Origin: Syntrophaceae bacterium
Lineage (GTDB): Bacteria > Desulfobacterota > BSN033 > UBA1163
Assembly: GCA_018333715.1 (NCBI GenBank)
Contig: JAGXSW010000068.1
Coordinates: 1-39,326 of the forward strand
DNA length: 39,326 bases
Direction: 5' to 3'
Below, in pieces: positions 7,644 to 17,150 of this stretch. Numbering within the stretch: the stretch's first letter is position 1; the number at the start of each line of letters is the position of its first letter. A model generated the notes under the pieces. The model was not told the origin of the DNA. It did not search any database and saw only the letters and a list, made by a program, of their open reading frames with translations. Made by a program: the position numbers and the translations under genes.

Positions 7644-8102
7644 ATGTCAGGGGAGATTATCGACCGGGTGATGAAAATCATCGGCCCCATCCTTTTAGAT
7701 GAAGGGATGGAATGTGTGGATCTGGAATACCGGAGGGAGGCAAGAGGATGGGTCTTGCGCCTTTACATCGATAAAGAGGGAGGGGTCACGCTCGACGATT
7801 GCGCCAGAATCAATCAGCAAGTGGGAAGAACATTAGATGTGGAAAACCCCATTGACACCCCTTATCATTTGGAGGTCTCTTCTCCCGGTTTGACACGACC
7901 CCTAAAGACCCAAAGAGATTTCGTGAAATATCAGAATCGTCTGGTCAAGATCAAGACCGCTGAACCCATCGGGAACCAACGACAGTTTAGGGGAAGACTT
8001 TTAAGGGTCGTCACTGAAGGGATTGAGATCGAAATGGATGGAAAGGCATTTCATATTCCTTTTCAAAACATAGCAAAGGCACGTTTAGAATTGGAGTTTT
8101 AA
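7644..8102 (+). CDS. rimP: ribosome maturation factor RimP
   Basis: VDLEYRREARGWVLRLYIDKEGGVTLDDC...LEVSSPGLTRPL. The ORF-track start at 7599 lies inside the terminator, so ATG 7644 is preferred. Confidence 0.9.
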   Translation: MSGEIIDRVMKIIGPILLDEGMECVDLEYRREARGWVLRLYIDKEGGVTLDDCARINQQVGRTLDVENPIDTPYHLEVSSPGLTRPLKTQRDFVKYQNRLVKIKTAEPIGNQRQFRGRLLRVVTEGIEIEMDGKAFHIPFQNIAKARLELEF

Positions 8103-8118
8103 GAAGGAGAAGTCAACC

Positions 8119-9597
8119 ATGCCAACCAATCTAAATTTTGTGATTGACCAGGTGGGAAAGGACAAAGGGATCGACCGGAAGGTGATCATCGAAGCGCTGG
8201 AACAAGCCGTGCTGACCGCCTCCAGAAAAAAATACGGTCAACAAGGGGAGATCGAAGTTCGCTATAACGAAGAAATTGGAGAGGTGGAGTTATTTCAATT
8301 TAAACAGGTCGTAGAAGAGGCGCTCGACCCCTCGACGGAAATCTCAATTGAAGAGGCCAGGGAACTGGACAGCGAGGCGCAGGCTGGGGACAGCCTGGGC
8401 GTCAAACTCAATACCGATTTTGGCCGAATCGGCGCCCAGACGGCAAAACAGGTGATCATCCAGAAGGTTCGCGATGCTGAAAGGGATAATGTTTATAATG
8501 AGTTTAAAGACCGCAAAGGAGATCTCGTTAGCGGAACGGTCCAGAGGATGGAGAAAGGGAATCTCTACATCAATATCGGAAGGGCGGAAGCCGTCCTTTT
8601 ATCGAAAGAACAAATTCCCGGCGAGGTCTACCGGCAGGGAGAACGGATCAGGGCCTATATCCTTGATGTCCAGAAGAATGCCAAGGGACCCCAGGTCTTT
8701 CTCTCCAGAACTCATCCGGGATTTCTCATCAAACTTTTCGAAATGGAGGTGCCGGAAATCTCCGAAGGGGTGATCAAGATTATCAGCGCGGCTCGGGAGC
8801 CGGGAGAGAGGGCAAAGATCTCCGTCTACAGTTCAAACCGTGATGTTGATCCTGTCGGCGCCTGTGTGGGCATGAAAGGTTCCAGGGTTCAAAATGTGGT
8901 TCAGGAACTCCGCGGGGAAAGGATCGATATTATCCCGTGGTCCCAGGATCAGGCCAAATATGTTTGCAATGCACTCGCCCCTGCCAAAGTCTCAAGAGTT
9001 TACATCGATGAGGAAAACCGTCATATGGAGGTGGTGGTTGCGGATGACCAGCTTTCTCTCTCTATTGGGAAGAAAGGGCAAAATGTTCGTTTGACCTCCA
9101 AATTAACAGGATGGAAGATCGATATCAAGAGTGAATCAAAGATGGAAAAGATTTCCGGCGAGATTCTGGAGAGCTTTAAGAGCCTTCCGCATATCGGGGA
9201 TGTGGGAAGCCGCGTCCTTTATAATGAAGGGTTTCGGTCCCTCCAGGAGCTGGGGGAGGCTGATCCTGAAGAATTGGCCAAGGTTCTAGGAACCGAGAAG
9301 GGGAAGGCGGCCGAAATTGTTCAAATCGCATTACGGATGGCTCAGACGAAAGGGGTTGAAGAAGGCCTCCCGGGATCCCCGCAGCCGGTCGAAGAACCTG
9401 GCCTCGATCCTGTCGAGAGGATAGAAGGGGTCGGAGAGAAACTTGCGGAAATCCTGAAAGACCATGGATTTCATAACATCAGGGACATTCTGAAGTCAGA
9501 CGTGGAAAAACTTTCCGGCCTCCCGGGAATTGGCGCGAAAAAGGCGGACAAATTGATCCGCTCAGCGAAACAATTTGTCGAAGGCAATCGCCCATGA
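8119..9597 (+). CDS. nusA: transcription termination/antitermination factor NusA
   Basis: S1 and KH region (GACVGMKGSRVQNV, IGKKGQNVRL) plus C-terminal HhH repeats. Conserved position after rimP. Confidence 0.97.
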   Translation: MPTNLNFVIDQVGKDKGIDRKVIIEALEQAVLTASRKKYGQQGEIEVRYNEEIGEVELFQFKQVVEEALDPSTEISIEEARELDSEAQAGDSLGVKLNTDFGRIGAQTAKQVIIQKVRDAERDNVYNEFKDRKGDLVSGTVQRMEKGNLYINIGRAEAVLLSKEQIPGEVYRQGERIRAYILDVQKNAKGPQVFLSRTHPGFLIKLFEMEVPEISEGVIKIISAAREPGERAKISVYSSNRDVDPVGACVGMKGSRVQNVVQELRGERIDIIPWSQDQAKYVCNALAPAKVSRVYIDEENRHMEVVVADDQLSLSIGKKGQNVRLTSKLTGWKIDIKSESKMEKISGEILESFKSLPHIGDVGSRVLYNEGFRSLQELGEADPEELAKVLGTEKGKAAEIVQIALRMAQTKGVEEGLPGSPQPVEEPGLDPVERIEGVGEKLAEILKDHGFHNIRDILKSDVEKLSGLPGIGAKKADKLIRSAKQFVEGNRP

Positions 9598-9833
9598 GCC
9601 GAAAGGGACATGTCCCGATTCGCATGTGTATGGGATGCAGAAAGAGAAGGAAGAAAGAGGAGATGATTCGATTCACCCGGACTGCCGGAGGCGAGGCCCC
9701 GGCTCCCGGTGGAAAGAATCAGGACGGGAGAGGGCTTTATCTCTGCCCCGATGCATCCTGTTTAAAGGCGGCAAAGAAGAAGCGCCGTTTAGAGCCATTT
9801 AAAGATAATTGCAAAATGCAAATTGAAAAATGA
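9594..9833 (+). CDS. ylxR: YlxR/DUF448 family RNA-binding protein
   Basis: PIRMCMGCRKRRKKEEMIRF...GRGLYLCP. Overlaps the nusA stop, its canonical position. Confidence 0.85.
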   Translation: MSRKGHVPIRMCMGCRKRRKKEEMIRFTRTAGGEAPAPGGKNQDGRGLYLCPDASCLKAAKKKRRLEPFKDNCKMQIEK

Positions 9834-10050
9834 AAAATTAGCAATGCCTCAGTTACGGGTTCAAGTAATGCAAATGTACCCATATACCCCTCTTTGGAAA
9901 AGAGGGGCTAGGGGAGATTTTCCTATCATAATTTTAAAATCCCCCTTTATCCCCCTTTGCCAAAGGGGGATAAAAATACCCATAACTGAGGGATTACAAA
10001 AATTAACAATCAATGCTAATTTTGCAATGCTAATTTTATAATTTGCATTG
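9806..10050. repeat. composite palindromic repeat element (family D, GCAAAATTAGCA arms)
   Basis: Outer AT-rich inverted arms. Inner inverted repeat CCTCAGTTACGGG/CCCATAACTGAGG encloses hairpins CCCCTCTTTGGAAAAGAGGGG and CCCCCTTTGCCAAAGGGGG. The arms recur at 19903-20086. Confidence 0.75.
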
Positions 10051-10087
10051 ATCTTTTGAAAAGGGTTAATTTGAAGGAGGAAGCGGA

Positions 10088-12640
10088 ATGGCGAAAGTAA
10101 AAGTCCTCGACCTTGCAGGCGAAGTTGGGGTAGGGGACGATAAGCTGCTTCAGAAATTGAAACGGATGGGATTGAAAGTTAAGGATAAAAAGCCTGAGGT
10201 TTCCGAAAAGGCCGCCCCCCTCTCTGATGAGAAGATCATTGAAAAAGACGCTGAAAAAGAGGTGGTCGAGAAGCGGGTCAAGCCCACGGTCATCCGAAGA
10301 AGGACGAGAAGTCTTGAGATCCCAACGCCTCCTTCCCCTCCCCCTATCTCTTTAGCGCCCGAGGTTGTTCTTCCAAAAGAAGAAATAAAACATGAAGTGA
10401 CTCCTCCTAAATTGGAAGCAAAGACCCCGAAGAAAGTGGAGAAAAGGGAAGTGAAGGAGGGGAAACCCTCTCAAATAACCCCGGGGATAGAGAAGAAATC
10501 GGAGGAGATCATCGAGATAAAAGCCAAGGCCAAAGAGACTGTTTCACCCAAAACGCCCGCTGGAACGGCCCCGCCGAGAGCCGTGCCCAAAGAGGGCGTG
10601 AAGGGGCCAGGGAAGGCCGCGGAAGAGGTAAAACAGAAGGAAGCGCCCGCCAAAAAGTTGGAAACAAAATTTCCCACGAAAGAAGAGATTCTCCTTCAAG
10701 CGAAGAAAAAAGGATTCGTAAAGAAACGAAGGATGATCGAAGAAAGGATGGTGCAAGAGGAAGATTTTATAGAAGATAAAAAACAAGGAAAAGAGGAAGA
10801 GACGCCGGTTCGACATTTTAAGCCTTTTAAGAAGAAGCTCGTCCTGAAGTCACCCAGAAAAACGGAGATCACCGTCCCCAAACCCATCAAAAGAATCATC
10901 CGGATTGCTGAGGTCATCTCGGTCGGCGACCTTGCCAAAAGGATGGGCGTAAAAGGAGGGGATTTAATAAAAAAATTGATGGATATCGGCGTCATGGTCA
11001 CGATCAACCAGATGATGGATGCAGATGTAGCTTCCCTGGCGGCCATTGAGTTCGGATATGAAGTGGAACGCGTTTCCATCGAACGTCAGGAGTTTCTCGA
11101 AAGGAAGGAGGATCGACCTGAAGAATTAAAAACCAGACCGCCCGTGGTCACGATTATGGGCCATGTCGATCATGGCAAGACCATGCTTCTGGACGCCATC
11201 CGTAAGACGAATGTGGTGGAAGGAGAGGCTGGCGGAATCACCCAGCATATTGGCGCCTATAATGTCCAGCTTGAGCATGGGCATGTCGTTTTTATCGACA
11301 CCCCCGGTCATGAGGCATTTACTGCGATGAGGGCCAGAGGAGCCCAGGTGACCGATGTGGTTGTCCTGGTGGTCGCTGCGGACGATGGGGTCATGCCGCA
11401 GACCAAAGAGGCCATCGACCACGCCAGAGCGGCCAATGTTCCCATCCTCGTCGCCATCAACAAAATTGATAAACAGAATGCCAATCCCGAAAAGGTGAGA
11501 AAAGAGATGTCAGAATATGGATTGGCCCCTGAACAATGGGGAGGCAGCACGCTTTATGCCGAAATATCCGCCAAACAGAAGATCGGAATCAAAGAATTGC
11601 TCGAACTGATCCTGCTTCAGGCGGAGATTCTGGAGTTGAAGGCCAATTCCGATAAGCCCGCACGGGGAATTGTAATTGAAGCCAAGCTCGATAAGGGAAG
11701 AGGGCCCGTGGCGACCGTTCTGGTTCAAGAGGGGACCTTGAAGGCGGGCGATGTCTTCATCGCAGGCTCTCATTATGGAAGAGTAAGGGCGATGCTCACC
11801 GACAAAGGGCAGAAGATCGAAAAGGCCGGACCCTCCACCCCGGTAGAGGTGCTGGGTTTCACAGACATTCCCGATGCCGGAGAAACTTTCATCGTAGTCA
11901 CGGAAGAGAGAACCGCCAAGCAGATCAGCCTCTATCGACAGGAGAAGATTCGCTCAAAGGAGCTCTCCAAGTTGAGCAAAGTCTCCCTTGAAGATCTCTA
12001 TGAAAAGATCAAGAAGGGTGAGATCAAAGAGCTCAATGTCATCATCAAGGCGGACGTCCAGGGATCGATCGAGGCGATGAAAGAGGCGTTGAAGAAGCTC
12101 GCCAACGACGAAGTGAAAGTGAACATCATCCATGACGGGGTCGGCGGAATCACGGAAACCGATGTGAATCTGGCCTCCGCTTCCAATGCGATCATTATCG
12201 GTTTCAATGTGAGGGCAGGGTCCAAGGCCCAATCTCTTGCAGAACAAGAAAGCGTGGATCTCCGGTCCTATTCGATCATCTATGACGCCATCTCCGATAT
12301 CAGGAAAGCCCTGGAGGGTCTGCTGGAGCCGACCTATAAAGAGCATATTCTGGGCAGAGCCCAGGTGCTCCAGCTCTTCAATGTCCGCAAAATGGGGACC
12401 GTTGCGGGAAGTTTGATCACGGACGGGAAAGTGGTAAGGGGATCCCACGCCAGACTTCTGAGGGATAACGTCGTCATTTACAACGGACGGATTTCCTCGC
12501 TCAAACGATTTAAAGACGATATGAAGGAGTGCGCCCAGGGTCTTGAATGCGGCATCTGGATGGAGAATTTTAATGATCTCAAACCCGGGGATATCATTGA
12601 GGCCTATGAGATGGAGGAAGTTCAGTCACGATTGTCTTGA
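10088..12640 (+). CDS. infB: translation initiation factor IF-2
   Basis: GTPase motifs [17 protein letters not shown]. Lys/Pro/Glu-rich N-terminus. Confidence 0.98.
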   Translation: MAKVKVLDLAGEVGVGDDKLLQKLKRMGLKVKDKKPEVSEKAAPLSDEKIIEKDAEKEVVEKRVKPTVIRRRTRSLEIPTPPSPPPISLAPEVVLPKEEIKHEVTPPKLEAKTPKKVEKREVKEGKPSQITPGIEKKSEEIIEIKAKAKETVSPKTPAGTAPPRAVPKEGVKGPGKAAEEVKQKEAPAKKLETKFPTKEEILLQAKKKGFVKKRRMIEERMVQEEDFIEDKKQGKEEETPVRHFKPFKKKLVLKSPRKTEITVPKPIKRIIRIAEVISVGDLAKRMGVKGGDLIKKLMDIGVMVTINQMMDADVASLAAIEFGYEVERVSIERQEFLERKEDRPEELKTRPPVVTIMGHVDHGKTMLLDAIRKTNVVEGEAGGITQHIGAYNVQLEHGHVVFIDTPGHEAFTAMRARGAQVTDVVVLVVAADDGVMPQTKEAIDHARAANVPILVAINKIDKQNANPEKVRKEMSEYGLAPEQWGGSTLYAEISAKQKIGIKELLELILLQAEILELKANSDKPARGIVIEAKLDKGRGPVATVLVQEGTLKAGDVFIAGSHYGRVRAMLTDKGQKIEKAGPSTPVEVLGFTDIPDAGETFIVVTEERTAKQISLYRQEKIRSKELSKLSKVSLEDLYEKIKKGEIKELNVIIKADVQGSIEAMKEALKKLANDEVKVNIIHDGVGGITETDVNLASASNAIIIGFNVRAGSKAQSLAEQESVDLRSYSIIYDAISDIRKALEGLLEPTYKEHILGRAQVLQLFNVRKMGTVAGSLITDGKVVRGSHARLLRDNVVIYNGRISSLKRFKDDMKECAQGLECGIWMENFNDLKPGDIIEAYEMEEVQSRLS

Positions 12641-12673
12641 GTCCTGGTGGGTGAAAGGGAGGGGAGAAAGGGG

Positions 12674-12961
12674 ATGGTCGTTGGAATTTGCCAGATTGAC
12701 TTTCGGATTCCGGAGAATCATTCCCTGAAGGGAAAGCGTCATGTCCTCCGAAAAATGATCGACAGGGTCAGACATCGATTCAATGTGTCCATTTCGGAGG
12801 TCGGGGATCAGGATCTCTGGCAGAGGGCCAGGATCGGAATCTGCACGGTGGGCAATGACCGGAGGCATATCAACTCCAGCCTGGACAAGGTGGTCGATTT
12901 CATCGAAAAAATGAGCCTCGGAGAGCTGGTTCATACGGAGATGGAAATCCTCTCGGTATGA
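12674..12961 (+). CDS. DUF503 family protein (YlxP-like)
   Basis: MVVGICQIDFRIPENHSLKGKR. Conserved position between infB and rbfA. The ORF is open from GTG 12647. Confidence 0.8.
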   Translation: MVVGICQIDFRIPENHSLKGKRHVLRKMIDRVRHRFNVSISEVGDQDLWQRARIGICTVGNDRRHINSSLDKVVDFIEKMSLGELVHTEMEILSV

Positions 12962-12974
12962 ATCTGACGACATA

Positions 12975-13243
12975 CAATGAACGATGGACAATGAACAAGG
13001 GACGGATAAATCCGGAATAATGGAAGATTGATGGAATCGTAAAAAGTCGTCATTCCCGTGAAAACGGGAATCCAGAGAATTCTAACTATATGAAAATAAT
13101 GGATTCCTGCTTGCGCAGGAATGACAAAAATCTCCTTTTCAGACTTTTTACGAGATCATCAAGATTGGAATAATGGAATGTTGGGTAAAACTCCCAAAAA
13201 CAACTTTTTTTAACCCATTATTCCGCCATTCCATCATTCCAAT
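12975..13243. repeat. composite intergenic repeat (CAATGAACGATGGACAA module plus family B GGAATAATGG hairpin) interrupted by a MITE
   Basis: Collinear with 28248-28362 apart from the 130-bp insert plus the 7-bp duplication. Confidence 0.85.
13031..13160. mobile_element. MITE family A copy (variant) with 7-bp target-site duplication AAGATTG
   Basis: Termini ATGGAATCGTAAAAAGTC / GACTTTTTACGAGATCATC. Internal GTCATTCCC-N-GGGAATCCAG and GGATTCCTGC-N-GCAGGAATGAC hairpins. AAGATTG at 13024-13030 and 13161-13167. Confidence 0.85.
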
Positions 13244-13252
13244 TTTAAAACG

Positions 13253-13621
13253 ATGGAAGGAAAGCGATCAGAAAAAGTGGCGGACCTGATCCGTAAGGAG
13301 GTCTCTGAGATGTTCGTGAAGACGGTCAGGGACCCCCGGATCGGTTTGATCACCATCACCAGGGTGACGGTGACCCAGGACTGTCGTTTGGCCAGGATCC
13401 ATTTTAGTGTGCCGGGCTCTGTCGAGGAAAGGGAAAGGGCAATGGAAGGCCTCGATAGCGCCAAGGGATATATCCGGAAAGAGCTGGCCAGACGGGTCAA
13501 CCTGCGCTACACCCCTGAAATACTGTTTGAGTTCGATCCCTCGATCGAGTATGCCATCCATATTGGAGAAGTTTTGCAATCCCTTCAAAAAGAGAGGGAG
13601 GAGAAACCGGATGAGAATTGA
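13253..13621 (+). CDS. rbfA: ribosome-binding factor A
   Basis: RSEKVADLIRKEVSEMF...DPRIGLITITRVTVTQDCRLARIHFS. Confidence 0.95.
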   Translation: MEGKRSEKVADLIRKEVSEMFVKTVRDPRIGLITITRVTVTQDCRLARIHFSVPGSVEERERAMEGLDSAKGYIRKELARRVNLRYTPEILFEFDPSIEYAIHIGEVLQSLQKEREEKPDEN

Positions 13622-14552
13622 CGGCCTTCTCGTCGTGGATAAACCAGCGGGGATGACCTCCCTCGATGTGGTGAGGGAGATCAAGGCTGCATTTTTGATC
13701 AAGAAGGCGGGCCATATAGGAACGCTCGATCCTTTTGCCACGGGCGTCCTGCCCGTTGCCCTGAATGAAGGAACGAAGCTGATCCCTTTCCTGCAGGATG
13801 ATCCGAAGGATTACGAAGCGGTGATGAAGATTGGGGAAGAGACCAGGACAGATGACCTCACGGGCGAAATCGTCAAGCGAGGGCCATGGGAAGACCTGTC
13901 CCCGGAAATCATCCGGACCGTTTTTAAAACTTTCTCGGGAAAGATCCGGCAGATTCCGCCGATGTTTTCGGCTGTGAAGGTTAAAGGAAAACCCCTCTAC
14001 CGGATGGCCAGAAAAGGGATCGAGATCGAAAGGCAAGAGAGAGAGGTCCAGGTCTACGATCTTCAGGTGCGGGACATCGATCTTCCGATGATCCATTTCA
14101 GAGTCTCCTGCTCAAAAGGGACTTATATCCGCGCCCTGGCAAGGGATATCGGGAAACGGATCGGATGCGGGGCTCATCTCGTCTCCTTAAGACGAACCCG
14201 CAGCGGTTCCTTTACCCTCGAACAGGCCATTCCGATGGAAAGAGTGAAGGGACTCCCCGGGGATGAGGCCCTTCATGCTTCTCTCATCCCATGGAGAGAG
14301 GTTTTGCATGGCTTCCCTGAAGTGATCGGAGATGAGCGTCTGATCCGGAAGGTCCGTTATGGCAAGGAGATGATCGTGGGAGATCTCGACCCGCAAACCC
14401 TTCCTCCCTTTGAGGAAGGACAGTGGCTCAAGATGTCCTCTCCCGAAGAGGGATTAGTGGCTATTTTACAGTCAGCATTAAGGGGCGGGGAGATCGGAAA
14501 GACAGACCCGGACAGGGTCGCCCTTCGTCCCATCCGGGTATTCCAGAAATGA
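13611..14552 (+). CDS. truB: tRNA pseudouridine-55 synthase TruB
   Basis: MRIDGLLVVDKPAGMTS and GHIGTLDPFATGVLPV. The long ORF-track extension from 13407 overlaps rbfA and is rejected. Confidence 0.95.
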   Translation: MRIDGLLVVDKPAGMTSLDVVREIKAAFLIKKAGHIGTLDPFATGVLPVALNEGTKLIPFLQDDPKDYEAVMKIGEETRTDDLTGEIVKRGPWEDLSPEIIRTVFKTFSGKIRQIPPMFSAVKVKGKPLYRMARKGIEIERQEREVQVYDLQVRDIDLPMIHFRVSCSKGTYIRALARDIGKRIGCGAHLVSLRRTRSGSFTLEQAIPMERVKGLPGDEALHASLIPWREVLHGFPEVIGDERLIRKVRYGKEMIVGDLDPQTLPPFEEGQWLKMSSPEEGLVAILQSALRGGEIGKTDPDRVALRPIRVFQK

Positions 14553-14635
14553 ACGATGAACAATGACCGGTTAAGGTAACGGTGACGATGCCCGTATCGT
14601 TCATAAAAGGTTACGGTTGTCGTCTTTTAATTCTT
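14550..14635. repeat. family C repeat (GGTAACGGTGACGATGCCCGTATCG core)
   Basis: Shares its core with 24652-24672, 24732-24761, 25583-25608 and 28222-28245. Confidence 0.7.
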
Positions 14636-14709
14636 ATCACATATTGCTTACTGACACTTAAACTGACACAGACACTTTTATTTTTTAATTAAATCGAAGG
14701 AGGAATTTC

Positions 14710-14979
14710 ATGGCATTGGTTCAGGAGAAGAAAAAAGAGATCATTGACAAGTTTAGGGCTCACGAGAAGGACACCGGCTCACCGGAGGTTCAGATTGCCC
14801 TTCTCAGTGAACGAATCCGTTATCTCACCGACCATTTCAAAGGTCACAAGAAAGATCATCACTCGCGGAGGGGGCTCTTGAAGATGGTGGGACAGCGAAG
14901 AAGACTTCTCAACTATCTTAAGGAGAACAGGATGGATCGTTATCGAATCATCATCGATCAATTAGGTCTCCGAAAATAG
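14710..14979 (+). CDS. rpsO: 30S ribosomal protein S15
   Basis: [37 protein letters not shown]. Confidence 0.98.
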   Translation: MALVQEKKKEIIDKFRAHEKDTGSPEVQIALLSERIRYLTDHFKGHKKDHHSRRGLLKMVGQRRRLLNYLKENRMDRYRIIIDQLGLRK

Positions 14980-15018
14980 AACGGATGATTTTTAAAAAAA
15001 TAGAATGAACAAAGGAGA

Positions 15019-17148
15019 GTGAATAAGCCTATGATGCAAAAGTTGCAGATCGAATTGGGGGGAAGACCCTTTTCCATGGAGACAGGAAGGATGGCCAAGC
15101 AGGCCAGCGGCTCTGTGGTGGTTCAGTATGGCGAGACCGTCGTTCTGGTCACAGCGGTGTCATCGGAGGAGAAGAGAGAGGGGATTGACTTTCTCCCTCT
15201 TACGGTGAACTATCAGGAAATGACCTATGCGGCGGGAAGAATCCCCGGAGGATTTTTTAAGAGGGAGGGAAGGGCGACCGACCGTGAGATCCTCATCTCC
15301 CGATTTATCGACCGACCCTTGAGGCCTCTCTTCCCGAAAGGATTTCAGAACGAGACACAGATCATTGCAACGGTTCTCTCTGCAGATTCGGAAAATGATC
15401 CTTCTGTTCTGGGAATGATCGGGGCTTCGACCGCCCTCTATCTCTCCGATATTCCGTTCGATGTTCCCATCGCGGGAGCAAAAGTGGGAAGAATCAACGG
15501 GGAATATGTCCTCAACCCCGCGCCCGACGAACTGGAGCTGAGCGACATCGATCTCTTTGTCGCCGGAAGCGAGGATGCGATCATCATGGTCGAGGGGAGC
15601 GCAAAGGAGATGAAAGAGGAGGCCATCCTGGAGGCCATTCTATTCGGCCACCAGTCCCTTAAGCCTGTCATCGAACTCCAAAAACAGCTCAGAGAAGTTT
15701 GTGGAACGAAGAAGAGGGAGTTCGACGTCGAAAAACCCGACGCGGCCCTTCTCGAAAAGGTGACGGGGATCACCCAAGAAAAATTAGGGGAGGCCTATCG
15801 GATCCCGGAAAAGATGAAGAGGCGCGAGCATCTGGAGGAAATTTTTAATTTCACCCTGAAGGAATGTCAGGCCGAGGATGAGCCGTCCCGGAAGATGGTG
15901 AAGAAAGTTTTCGAGGAGGCGGACCGCAAACTGAAGAGAAAATGGATCCTGGAGAAGAGAGAGAGGATCGATGGGAGGGGGCTGCCGGAGATTCGTCCCA
16001 TCTCATGCGAAGTCGGAATCCTTCCCCGAACCCATGGCTCCGCCCTGTTCACGCGCGGAGAAACCCAGGTGCTGGCCGTGGTCACTTTTGGCACGTCCGA
16101 AGACGAACAGAAGATCAACTCCTTGATGGGAGAAACCTATAAATCTTTTATGCTTCACTACAACTTTCCCCCGTTCAGCACCGGGGAAGTCTCTCCCTTG
16201 AGATCGCCTTCCCGAAGAGAGATCGGCCATGGCGCTCTGGCCGAGCGGGCGATCCTTCCCGTCCTTCCCTCCAGCGAGAAATTCCCTTACACGATTCGAA
16301 TCGTCTCAGAGGTCCTGGAGTCCAATGGCTCCTCTTCGATGGCCACCGTATGCGGAGCAACCCTCTCCCTGATGGATGCGGGCGTTCCCATCAAAGCACC
16401 TGTCGCAGGCATTGCCATGGGGTTGATTCTTGAAAGCGGAGGAGAGGCGATCCTCTCCGATATCCTGGGAGACGAAGATCATATCGGCGACATGGATTTC
16501 AAGATGGCGGGCACAGCCGAAGGGGTGACGGCCATTCAGATGGACGTCAAGATCAAGGGGATATCCAGAGAGGTGCTGGGCCGCGTTCTCCAGCAGTCAC
16601 GCGAGGGAAGACTCTATATCCTTGAGAAGATGAGAGAGACCCTCCCTGATCCACGGAAGGACCTCTCCCGGCATGCCCCGAGGATCGTTACCCTCCAGGT
16701 CAAACAGGAGAAGATTCGCGACATCATCGGACCGGGAGGAAAGAATATCCGGTCCATTGTCGATCAGACCGGCGTGAAAATCGATGTGGAGGATTCCGGC
16801 GCGGTCAAGCTGGCCTCTCCCAATTATGAATCGATTGAAAAAGCGATCCTGATCATCAAAAGGCTCACACAGGAAGTGGAAGTGGGGGGAATCTACAAGG
16901 GCAAGGTGATAAGGATCATGGGATTTGGCGCCATTGTCGAGATCTTTCCGGGGACGGATGGCCTGGTCCACATCTCTCAACTGGCGGATCACCATGTCAA
17001 AGAGGTGACCGATATCGTGAAGGAGGGGGATGATATCCCGGTCAAGGTGATCGAGGTTGATCCGCAGGGTCGAATCCGCCTCAGCCGAAAGGCCGCCCTG
17101 AAAGAGACCATGCACTCGAAAGAGGAGAAAGGATCGGAAAAGGTCTGA
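15019..17148 (+). CDS. pnp: polyribonucleotide nucleotidyltransferase (PNPase)
   Basis: Two RNase PH domains, then KH (GPGGKNIRSI) and S1 (YKGKVIRIMGFGAIVEI). The start could be ATG 15031/15034 rather than GTG 15019. Confidence 0.97.
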   Translation: MNKPMMQKLQIELGGRPFSMETGRMAKQASGSVVVQYGETVVLVTAVSSEEKREGIDFLPLTVNYQEMTYAAGRIPGGFFKREGRATDREILISRFIDRPLRPLFPKGFQNETQIIATVLSADSENDPSVLGMIGASTALYLSDIPFDVPIAGAKVGRINGEYVLNPAPDELELSDIDLFVAGSEDAIIMVEGSAKEMKEEAILEAILFGHQSLKPVIELQKQLREVCGTKKREFDVEKPDAALLEKVTGITQEKLGEAYRIPEKMKRREHLEEIFNFTLKECQAEDEPSRKMVKKVFEEADRKLKRKWILEKRERIDGRGLPEIRPISCEVGILPRTHGSALFTRGETQVLAVVTFGTSEDEQKINSLMGETYKSFMLHYNFPPFSTGEVSPLRSPSRREIGHGALAERAILPVLPSSEKFPYTIRIVSEVLESNGSSSMATVCGATLSLMDAGVPIKAPVAGIAMGLILESGGEAILSDILGDEDHIGDMDFKMAGTAEGVTAIQMDVKIKGISREVLGRVLQQSREGRLYILEKMRETLPDPRKDLSRHAPRIVTLQVKQEKIRDIIGPGGKNIRSIVDQTGVKIDVEDSGAVKLASPNYESIEKAILIIKRLTQEVEVGGIYKGKVIRIMGFGAIVEIFPGTDGLVHISQLADHHVKEVTDIVKEGDDIPVKVIEVDPQGRIRLSRKAALKETMHSKEEKGSEKV

Positions 17149-17150
17149 CC

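Noticed and set aside
9823-10041. 72-aa ORF (…PLWKRGARGDF…PLCQRGIK…)
   Set aside because: It lies entirely within the palindromic repeat element. The peptide motifs are translations of the GC hairpins.
13407-13610. N-terminal extension of truB in the ORF track
   Set aside because: It overlaps rbfA out of frame. The canonical TruB N-terminus MRIDGLLVVDKPAGMTS begins at ATG 13611.
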